Shown here: positions 7,589 through 15,231 of the stretch, in pieces
Layout: each line of letters begins with the position of its first letter
How positions within the stretch are numbered: position 1 is the stretch's first letter
Assembly (NCBI RefSeq): GCF_024807225.1
Contig: NZ_JANUCO010000001.1
Coordinates: 4,049,268-4,081,267 of the forward strand
Length of the DNA stretch: 32,000 nt
Source of the DNA: Chryseobacterium ginsenosidimutans
GTDB lineage: Bacteria > Bacteroidota > Bacteroidia > Flavobacteriales > Weeksellaceae
Direction of reading: 5' to 3'
The notes under the pieces: model-generated
Told to the model about the DNA's origin: nothing
The model's input: the letters and a program-made list of their open reading frames with translations, nothing else
Database searches by the model: none
Position numbers and translations under genes: made by a program

Positions 7589-8540
7589 ATGTATGCTTTT
7601 CTGAGATTTTCACTAACAAATCATTCAATTTTGCAGTAAGACCTTCTGGTTCCAAAACCGTTGCATAATCTGCAAAAGTAATCAGCCAACGCGGAAAACC
7701 GTCATTAATCCAATCGGTTTCGAAGATCATTTCAACTCCTTTTTCTGTTTCGATTTCTTCAATTAAACCGTAATATTTTTTTGAATTAACCAAATGTCCG
7801 ATAATTTTCTTCTCAACCAAAAGCCGGACTTTAGTTTTATTTCCATTCGGGTTTTGTCTGTAATCGTTAATCTGACCGTATTCCTGCAAAAAAGGATTCT
7901 GGGTTTTAAAAATCTGTAAAATTCTGTCAACTCGAAACTGTCTGAAATCATTTCTGAGCGTACAAAAAGCCATGATATACCAATAATTGAACTCAAAAAA
8001 TACACCGACCACCTCAATAGTTCGCATAGAAACTTTGGAATCCACTGTTGCATATTTCAACGTCAGCTGCTTTTTTTCGGCAATACTTTCGAGAATAATG
8101 GGAATGATATTTTGGATATTATCTTCAGTCTTAGGATGATAATTGTACACATCGATCTGCTTTTCAATATTTTGAATTAAATTTCGATCCGAATATTTCA
8201 AGACAGAACGTACTTTTTCCATCGCCGTCTGATAATGATTTCCTAAACTTTGATGTAAAAATTTCTGCATCAGTTTTTCGGCAGTAATGAAACTCAACAC
8301 CTCTTCTTTTGTAAACATCACAGGCGGAAGTTTGTAACCATCCATTAAAGAATATCCACTTCCCGCTTCACCAATAATAGGAATTCCCGCATTTTCCAAA
8401 GTCTTTACATCACGGTAAATCGTTCTGACACTTACATCAAATTTCGCAGCCAAATCCTGAGCTCTTACAATAGGTTTTGATTGTAATTGGGTGAGAATTG
8501 ACGTGACACGGTCGAGTTTTTTTAAATAATGATCATTCAT
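7587..8540 (-). CDS. YafY-family transcriptional regulator (HTH + WYL domain)
   Basis: 317 aa. N-terminal HTH VSVRTIYRDVKTLENAGIPI. Central WYL-type segment FEFNYWYIMAFCTLRNDFRQFRVDRI. Confidence 0.85.
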   Translation of the reverse strand: MNDHYLKKLDRVTSILTQLQSKPIVRAQDLAAKFDVSVRTIYRDVKTLENAGIPIIGEAGSGYSLMDGYKLPPVMFTKEEVLSFITAEKLMQKFLHQSLGNHYQTAMEKVRSVLKYSDRNLIQNIEKQIDVYNYHPKTEDNIQNIIPIILESIAEKKQLTLKYATVDSKVSMRTIEVVGVFFEFNYWYIMAFCTLRNDFRQFRVDRILQIFKTQNPFLQEYGQINDYRQNPNGNKTKVRLLVEKKIIGHLVNSKKYYGLIEEIETEKGVEMIFETDWINDGFPRWLITFADYATVLEPEGLTAKLNDLLVKISEKHT

Positions 8541-8627
8541 TTATTGGTTGATAGATGACTGTTGATAGTTGATGGATTCACTGTCAGTAAATTGATATTG
8601 TTAGACTGCTAAATTGGTACATTTTAT

Positions 8628-10437
8628 TTAATTATCTTTAAAAGTATTCATCAATTTATCCAGATTTAAACTTCTTGCGGAAGCATCGAAAATTTCTCTG
8701 TACGTTCCGTTGGTTTGTACCAATTCATCGTGAGTTCCGCTTTCTACGACTCTTCCTTTTTTCATTACGTAAATGGTATCTGCATCTAAAATCTGTGACA
8801 GAGAATGCGAAATAATAATCACCGTTCTTCCTTCTTTTATAGCATCTAAAGAATTTTTAATCTGTTCTGTGGCAATTGCGTCCAAACTCGCCGTTGGTTC
8901 ATCCAAGAAAATAATGGGCGGATTTTTTAAGAATAATCTCGCAATTGCAATTCTCTGTTGCTGTCCTCCTGAAAGTTGGGTTGCGTCGTGATTATATTTT
9001 TCGGGTAAGTCTAAAATCTGTTCGTGGAGATATGCTTTTTTTGCGGCTTCTTCGATTTCTTCAAAAGTCGCATTCATATTTCCGTAGCGAATGTTATCTT
9101 CGATACTTCCCTGAAAAATGTGGTTTTTCTGAAGAACTAATCCCAAATCGTTTCTTAAAAAAGTATTTTCAAAATTATTTAAATCCACATTATCCAAAAG
9201 AATTTCTCCTGAATCCGGAAGATAAAATTTACACAAAAGATTGATAACCGTTGATTTTCCTGCACCACTCAACCCAACCAAAGCCGTTGTTTTTCCGTTC
9301 TCAATTTTCATGGAAACATCGTGTAACGCGTGAGTTCCGTTGGGATAAGAGAAGTTGACATTTTTTAATTCAAAATTTCCTTTGATTTCTTTTTCTACGA
9401 AAGTTCCGTTCGGTTCTTTTTCGTTGTCGGCATTTAAAATATCAAAATAACCTTCTGCATAAATCATCGCATCATTCATATCATCGTAAATTCTGTGCAA
9501 TTGACGAATCGGAGCCGAAACATTATTAAAAAGCATGATATGAAGCATGATCGCACCGATTGTCATTTGCTGATCTAACACCAGATAAACCGTTAAAAGT
9601 ATAATTAAAACAACGCCAAACTGCTCGATAAAAGTTTTTAAGCCGTCATAAATAAAATTCGTTTTTCGGGTGAACATCTGGCTTTCCATCAACTGCATCT
9701 GCAAATCGTACTGTTTTTTTCCTTCAAATTTTTCACGGACAAAACTTTTAATCACCATAATTGAATTAATTAAGTTTAAAAGCCCTGAAGTTTTTTGTTC
9801 ACGTTGATTTCTTAAAGTCCTTCTTACTCCACCCAATTTTTTCGCCTGTAAAGCACTGATATAAAAATAAATAGGAACAATAATGGTGGAAACCATTCCG
9901 ACATAAACATTCTGCATATACATGATAATCAAAGCAATAAATGCATTTGAGAACAATGGCAACATATCGATGAAAAAGTTTTGAACCAATCTTGTTAAAC
10001 TTTCAATTCCGCGGTCGATTCTGATCTGCAGTTTTCCTGATTCGTGATTTTCATCATTAAAATAAGCAACTCTGTACCTCAAAATTTTATCAATCGCCGA
10101 CTGCGCCAAGACAGAAACTTACATTAATTCTAATTTTTTCACCGTAAAATTTTTGCCCGAAATTGATGAAGATATTTAATAATTCTTTTCCCATTAAAAT
10201 AACGGAAATTAGCACCAATACATGAATTCCTTCCGACATTGGATGCGGAAGATGAGTGAGTTTTGTAACCTCATCTACGGTATATTTTAAAACCAACGGA
10301 TTCACCTGCGCTGCAAGAGCTCCTAAAAAAGTGAGGAATAATGTGCCATAAATCATCAATCGATAAGGTCTGATAAATGGAACAAGCTGTTTGTAAATTC
10401 CGAATAAAGTGACGGTTCTGTTGAAAGGTTTTGCCAT
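8628..10437 (-). pseudogene. MsbA-like ABC exporter (fused permease/ATPase) interrupted by a 1-nt frameshift
   Basis: The 115-aa ORF (10090-10437) carries the first TM helices and the 493-aa ORF (8628-10109, TTG start in the track) carries the rest of the TMD plus NBD (GLSGAGKST, LSGGQQQR, IIFLDEPTASLD). Removing one T from GTTTCT (plus-strand AGAAAC, 10113-10118) joins them as ...IRINVSSVLAQSAIDKIL... Confidence 0.8.
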
Positions 10438-10452
10438 AGGAATTATTTAACT

Positions 10453-10490
10453 AAAAAACGTACCGTTTCAGAGAGAAAAGGTACGTTTTA
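10453..10490 (-). terminator. Intrinsic terminator downstream of lptB
   Basis: 10-bp perfect arms AAAACGTACC (10455-10464) and GGTACGTTTT (10480-10489). On the minus strand the hairpin is followed by a T6 run. Confidence 0.7.
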
Positions 10491-10529
10491 TTATATTTTT
10501 CAGCAAATTAAATTGCTTATTTTACATTT

Positions 10530-11591
10530 TTATCCCTCAAAAGATTCTGTTGTTAAGTAATGCAACTCAGGTTTACTTGCAGCTTTCGATTCAGCTTCTG
10601 CTTGTTCTAAAGTGTAAATTGAATTAATTTCTTTTTTCTGGAAAACGAAAGAATTGTTGGCATTTTTATCCACAACATCATTGAAAATATGCTGAATTTC
10701 TGAATTTCCCAATGCTGCAAAACTGGTTTCTTCAAAACCATACATCAATCTTAAATCATCAAACTGAGTGAAATTTTCATCCACAAAACCTTGCAACTGA
10801 GATTTAGATTCAAAATTTCCAGCCCAAATATTATAAGCATAATGCTTTTTCTTTGGTTTATCCAAAATACTTTGATATACGAAGTTATCACCAAGATACG
10901 CTTCTCTTACCTGCGGATCGTTTGCCAAATCTTCCGGAAGACCTTCCTTCAAAATTCGTCCTTCAAACATGATATACGTTTTATTGGTAATCGCCAAGGT
11001 CTGCTGAACGTTGTGATCGGTAATTAAAATTCCGATGTTTTTATCTACGAGACTTCTGATGATTTTCTGAATATCTTCAACGGCAATCGGGTCAACTCCG
11101 GCAAAAGGTTCATCCAAAAGGATAAAATTCGGACTTGTCGCCAAACAACGGGCAATTTCCGTTCTACGTCTTTCTCCTCCTGACAAAAGATCGCCACGGT
11201 TTTTACGAACATGCTGCAATGAGAATTCTTCAACCAGCTCGTCACATTTCATTTGTTGTTCACGTTTTGAAAGTTTCGTCAGCTGTAAAACGCCCATGAT
11301 ATTTTCTTCCACAGAAAGTTTACGGAAAACGGATGCTTCCTGAGCCAGATAACCGATACCTTTTTGGGCTCTTCGGTACATTGCATCGGTGGTAATTTCT
11401 TGTTTATCCAGAAAAATCTTCCCTGAAGTAGGCTTAACCAAACCAACAATCATATAAAACGAAGTGGTTTTTCCTGCCCCGTTCGGACCAAGCAAACCAA
11501 CAATTTCTCCCTGCTGAACCTGTACAGAAACGCCTTTTACAACTTTTTTAGGACCGTATTCTTTGATTAAGTTTTCTCCTCGTAAAATCAT
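10530..11591 (-). CDS. lptB: LPS export ABC transporter ATP-binding protein LptB with a 116-aa non-ABC C-terminal extension
   Basis: Start taken at the ATG at 11591 (MILRGENLIKEYG...). Walker A GPNGAGKTT, signature LSGGERRR, Walker B ILLDEPFAGVDP. The canonical end motif AYLGDNF is reached at residue 237 but the frame stays open to 10530. Confidence 0.85.
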   Translation of the reverse strand: MILRGENLIKEYGPKKVVKGVSVQVQQGEIVGLLGPNGAGKTTSFYMIVGLVKPTSGKIFLDKQEITTDAMYRRAQKGIGYLAQEASVFRKLSVEENIMGVLQLTKLSKREQQMKCDELVEEFSLQHVRKNRGDLLSGGERRRTEIARCLATSPNFILLDEPFAGVDPIAVEDIQKIIRSLVDKNIGILITDHNVQQTLAITNKTYIMFEGRILKEGLPEDLANDPQVREAYLGDNFVYQSILDKPKKKHYAYNIWAGNFESKSQLQGFVDENFTQFDDLRLMYGFEETSFAALGNSEIQHIFNDVVDKNANNSFVFQKKEINSIYTLEQAEAESKAASKPELHYLTTESFEG

Positions 11592-11596
11592 AACGG

Positions 11597-11604
11597 CAAA
11601 GATA
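11597..11604 (-). promoter_or_regulatory. Candidate -7 box (TATCTTTG) immediately upstream of the lptB ATG
   Basis: Plus-strand CAAAGATA is minus-strand TATCTTTG. Only 5 nt separate it from the ATG at 11591. Confidence 0.3.
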
Positions 11605-11671
11605 AAGTTTTTTTGAATTGAATTTTTAGATTGAAGGTCGTGTGTAAAAGTTTTATGAAATTTTAATACAT

Positions 11672-11840
11672 GCTTCGACTGCTTCGCGCTCAGCATGACA
11701 TCTCTAATACTAAATGTTTTAATTTACTCATGTCCTACTGAAGTCGGAATAGTCGAAGGACGGCAATCCTTAATCTTATTTATCAAAATATACAGAATGA
11801 ATTTCCAGTGTCATCCTGAGCGCGAAGCAGTCGAAGGATT
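11672..11840. repeat. MITE-like element: 29-bp terminal inverted repeats of the GTCATCCTGAGC...GTCGAAGG family with an internal third copy
   Basis: The reverse complement of 11672-11700 (TGTCATGCTGAGCGCGAAGCAGTCGAAGC) matches 11809-11837 (TGTCATCCTGAGCGCGAAGCAGTCGAAGG) at 27/29. A diverged copy lies at 11731-11760. No transposase is present. Confidence 0.7.
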
Positions 11841-11921
11841 TATCAAATATTATCGGAATTTAAAATCAAGTAACCAATTTTTAATTAATTTTATAAAAAC
11901 TAATCAACACTTATAATCAAT

Positions 11922-12650
11922 ATGGAAAACAATCAACAATTAACCGAACTTTTAGCCTTAGATCTCGGACTCAATATTATCAACCGCAGACCTTACGCAA
12001 AAGAGGTTTTCAAATGGCAGGATATGGATCTTCTTCCCCATTCTTCGCTTGATACGATGCTTTGTGAAATTTATGAATGGAACGGCAGAAACTGGCGAAC
12101 GACCAATAATAATCTGATCGGATATTTATTTTCCGGGGATCAGTTGAATACGGTTAAAAATCAATTGGCAAATGTTCAGAAATTTCCGGCTTTAATTCCT
12201 GATTTTGAATTTACAAAAGACAGCATGATCGAATTTGGACTTTCCTTACCTTCTCTTTTCAATATCGGAGTAAGTGGAGATATTAAAAATGCAAAAGATT
12301 TTTCAATAAAAGTAAATGGTGTGACAAAATCCAGAATTACGAATATCGATTCGCCGGGAATTGAAATTTTAAGAAGTTATTCGGAGTTTACTCAAGATCA
12401 ATCGAAATCGTATAGAAAAAATATTAAGTTTAATTATTTGAGTGCTTCACTTTTTTATGCAGAAAGTGTAGAAATTAATCTGGAAAAAGAATCCGGAGTT
12501 GATCTTGATGTAAGTTTTCAGACTCAAGGTGTAGAAGTTGAGGCGAAAGTTGATACGGACATTCAAAAACATTTTGTTTTGAAATATACTGGAAATCAAG
12601 CACCTTTTGCGGCAAAATTTACGAAAGGGAAGGATTTTAATATTTCGTAA
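11922..12650 (+). CDS. Hypothetical protein; cytoplasmic, beta-strand-rich C-terminal half, no family assigned
   Basis: A 242-aa open frame in very AT-rich DNA is unlikely by chance. No signal peptide or TM helix. It lies on the opposite strand to both neighbours. Confidence 0.75.
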   Translation: MENNQQLTELLALDLGLNIINRRPYAKEVFKWQDMDLLPHSSLDTMLCEIYEWNGRNWRTTNNNLIGYLFSGDQLNTVKNQLANVQKFPALIPDFEFTKDSMIEFGLSLPSLFNIGVSGDIKNAKDFSIKVNGVTKSRITNIDSPGIEILRSYSEFTQDQSKSYRKNIKFNYLSASLFYAESVEINLEKESGVDLDVSFQTQGVEVEAKVDTDIQKHFVLKYTGNQAPFAAKFTKGKDFNIS

Positions 12651-12660
12651 AAATTATAAA

Positions 12661-12736
12661 TTATGAGTTATGAATGATGAGTTTTAATTGTGTAAAATAT
12701 TAGACAATAAAGAAACTTATAATTCATAACTCTTAA
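12661..12736. repeat. 15-bp imperfect inverted repeat between convergent genes
   Basis: TTATGAGTTATGAAT (12661-12675) matches the reverse complement of ATTCATAACTCTTAA (12722-12736) at 14/15, with a 46-nt loop. Possible shared terminator or repeat element. Confidence 0.45.
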
Positions 12737-12740
12737 TTAA

Positions 12741-13730
12741 TTACCTGTTCAAAATCATCGCTGCTTCTTTTGCAAAATACGTGAAAATCATATCTGCGCC
12801 GGCTCTTTTGAAGCACGTTAAGCTTTCGATAATTGTTTTATCATTATCCAGCCAGCCGTTTTGTGCAGCCGCTTTTACCATCGCATATTCTCCGCTTACG
12901 TTGTACACTGCAATCGGAAGATCGATCGCTTCACGAACTTTAGAAACAATATCCAAATACGGAAGTCCCGGTTTTATCATGATGATATCTGCACCTTCTT
13001 CGATGTCTTTGAAGACTTCGTTTAATGCTTCACGAGAATTATGAAAATCCATCTGATATGTTTTTTTATCTTTCGGAATTTCCATATCATCTTTCGGAGC
13101 ACTGTCTAAAGCACTTCTGAAAGGTCCGTAGAAAGAACTTGCATATTTTGCAGCATAACTTAAAATACCAACGTCTGTAAATCCGCTTTCTTCCAACGCC
13201 TCACGAATAACCTGCACTCTTCCGTCCATCATATCGCTCGGTGCCACAATGTCAGCTCCGGCTTCTGCCAAAGAAACTGACATTCTTGCCAGTGCATCAT
13301 TGGTTGCATCATTTACGATTTTACCGTTTTCGATAATTCCGTCGTGCCCGTAAATTGAATAGGGATCTAAAGCTACATCGGGCATTATCACCATTTCCGG
13401 AACGGCATCTTTGATCGCTTTGATCGTGTTTTGCATCAGTCCGTTTTTGTTCCAAGCTTCTTTTCCGGTGTTGTCTTTCACGTCTTCCGAAACCTTCATA
13501 TAAAGATTGACAGCCTTTACTCCTAAAGAAAATAATTCCTTACATTCTTTCACCGTCAAATCGATGCTTCTTCTGAAAATTCCCGGCATCGCCGAGATTG
13601 GTTCTTCCTTGTTTTCGCCCTCCATTACGAAGATCGGCATTACAAAATCATTAGTTGTAAGAGAACATTCTCTTACCAAACCTCTGACAGATTCGTTTAC
13701 TCTAAGTCTTCTATTTCTTGAATGTATCAT
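12741..13730 (-). CDS. hemB: Porphobilinogen synthase (delta-aminolevulinate dehydratase)
   Basis: 329 aa. N-terminal RRLRVNESVRGLVRE plus active-site-region blocks DVALDPYS..GHDG and IMIKPGLPYLDIV typical of HemB. Confidence 0.9.
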   Translation of the reverse strand: MIHSRNRRLRVNESVRGLVRECSLTTNDFVMPIFVMEGENKEEPISAMPGIFRRSIDLTVKECKELFSLGVKAVNLYMKVSEDVKDNTGKEAWNKNGLMQNTIKAIKDAVPEMVIMPDVALDPYSIYGHDGIIENGKIVNDATNDALARMSVSLAEAGADIVAPSDMMDGRVQVIREALEESGFTDVGILSYAAKYASSFYGPFRSALDSAPKDDMEIPKDKKTYQMDFHNSREALNEVFKDIEEGADIIMIKPGLPYLDIVSKVREAIDLPIAVYNVSGEYAMVKAAAQNGWLDNDKTIIESLTCFKRAGADMIFTYFAKEAAMILNR

Positions 13731-13760
13731 TTTGGAATACTTTTTGAATGAAATTTAATG

Positions 13761-13768
13761 CAAATTTA
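13761..13768 (-). promoter_or_regulatory. Candidate -7 box for hemB (TAAATTTG on the minus strand)
   Basis: Plus-strand CAAATTTA, 30 nt upstream of the hemB ATG (13730). Confidence 0.35.
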
Positions 13769-13790
13769 CTATAAGTTCTACAAAAAACTA

Positions 13791-13821
13791 TTGCAAGAAA
13801 TTATAGAATTGTTTACTTTTG
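13791..13821 (+). promoter_or_regulatory. Candidate Bacteroidetes sigma-A promoter (-33 TTG / -7 TACTTTTG)
   Basis: TTG at 13791-13793, a 20-nt spacer, TACTTTTG at 13814-13821, and the ATG 31 nt downstream. Confidence 0.5.
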
Positions 13822-13851
13822 TTTTAATATCCCTATAGAAATTATAATTTG

Positions 13852-14202
13852 ATGAAAAAACTTCTACTCTTATTTATCTTTTTAGGCACTTTTGTTGGAT
13901 TTTCCAACAATATGAAAGCTCAAATTAAAGAGCCCGGTTCCCTCTCTCAGAAATCTGATGACGGTGTACTTGTTGCCTACCCGAATCCTGCGAAGGATTT
14001 CCTTATCATGAAGGCAAAAGATTCTAATTTAAGAATCAAAAGTGTGACTTTTTATTCCATCTTGGGTACTCAGGTTGCCAATTATTCAGTCAATATGAAT
14101 TCGGGAGAAATTAACATCGAAAAATTAAAACCTGGAAAGTATCTGATTCGCTATATTTTGAGCGACAACACAATGAAAGTTACCCAAATAGTAAAACAAT
14201 AA
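13852..14202 (+). CDS. Small secreted protein consisting of a signal peptide plus a T9SS C-terminal sorting domain
   Basis: 116 aa from the ATG at 13852. Signal peptide MKKLLLLFIFLGTFVGFS. Por-secretion-tail pattern VAYPNPAKDFLIM ... KLKPGKYLIRYILSDNTMKVTQIVKQ. Confidence 0.7.
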   Translation: MKKLLLLFIFLGTFVGFSNNMKAQIKEPGSLSQKSDDGVLVAYPNPAKDFLIMKAKDSNLRIKSVTFYSILGTQVANYSVNMNSGEINIEKLKPGKYLIRYILSDNTMKVTQIVKQ

Positions 14203-14205
14203 TAT

Positions 14206-14236
14206 AAATCCTGATAATCATCAGGATTTTTTCTTT
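14206..14236 (+). terminator. Intrinsic terminator
   Basis: AAATCCTGAT (14206-14215) pairs with ATCAGGATTT (14220-14229) and is followed by a T-run. Confidence 0.75.
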
Positions 14237-14317
14237 TAGCTCTACTACTGTTCTCATAATTTTTAATAATTCCGTAACTTTCGGGACTTTATTGTACTAA
14301 TAGGTAAAAACAAATTA

Positions 14318-15229
14318 ATGCTAAAAGCTGAACATATTAGAAAGACCTACAACGCCGGGAAAAAGGTGGCTTTGGATGATTTTAGCATCCATGTTCCGAA
14401 AGGAAGTATTTATGGTCTTTTAGGTCCTAACGGAGCCGGAAAAACTTCTTTCATCCGTATCATTAATCAAATTACTCAGGCGGATTCCGGAGAGATTCAA
14501 ATTAACGGAGAAAAGCTTAGTCCCAATCACATCAAAGACATCGGTTACATGCCTGAAGAACGAGGTTTGTATAAAAATATGACTGTCGGAGATCAGCTTC
14601 TTTATTTCGGAGAGTTGAAAGGGATGAGTAAAAATGATGCTTTAAACGAGGCGAAAAAATGGTTTGATAAATTACACATCGATCAATGGTGGAAGAAAAA
14701 GCTGTCTGAACTTTCGAAAGGGATGGCTCAAAAAATCCAGTTTGTGGTAACTGTTCTTCACAGACCGCATTTATTGATTCTTGATGAGCCATTTTCAGGT
14801 TTTGATCCTGTGAACGCGAATCTGATTAAAGACCAAATCATTGAACTTAAAAATAACGGAACAACCATTATTCTTTCGACACACAGAATGGAAAGTGTGG
14901 AAGAAATGTGTGATTATGTTGCTTTAATTGACAATTCGAAAAAAATTATCGACGGAAGAGTTTTCGACGTAAGAGAAAAATTCAAGAAAAATATTTTCGG
15001 AATTACCCTTTCTGAGGTGAATGATTCTCAAATGGAGAGTTTCAAAAATAAATATGAAATCTTCAACATGAGCAATGAAAATAATCTGGTTTCTTTTGAT
15101 TTAAAAAATGAAAGCAATCAAAACAATATTATTTTAGACCTTGTAAATGTGGGAAAAGTAAGATCATTCGACGAAAGAATTCCGAGTATGAATGAAGTGT
15201 TTATTAATGCAGTAAGCAATAATTCTTAA
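14318..15229 (+). CDS. ABC transporter ATP-binding protein (NatA-like)
   Basis: 303 aa. Walker A GPNGAGKTS, signature LSKGMAQK, Walker B LLILDEPFSGFDP. Extra C-terminal domain as in NatA-type ATPases. Confidence 0.85.
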   Translation: MLKAEHIRKTYNAGKKVALDDFSIHVPKGSIYGLLGPNGAGKTSFIRIINQITQADSGEIQINGEKLSPNHIKDIGYMPEERGLYKNMTVGDQLLYFGELKGMSKNDALNEAKKWFDKLHIDQWWKKKLSELSKGMAQKIQFVVTVLHRPHLLILDEPFSGFDPVNANLIKDQIIELKNNGTTIILSTHRMESVEEMCDYVALIDNSKKIIDGRVFDVREKFKKNIFGITLSEVNDSQMESFKNKYEIFNMSNENNLVSFDLKNESNQNNIILDLVNVGKVRSFDERIPSMNEVFINAVSNNS

Positions 15230-15231
15230 TT

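Noticed and set aside
11695-11916. 73-aa ORF (contains CHPEREAVEGF)
   Set aside because: It is a translation of the dispersed repeat units in the MITE-like element, not a gene.
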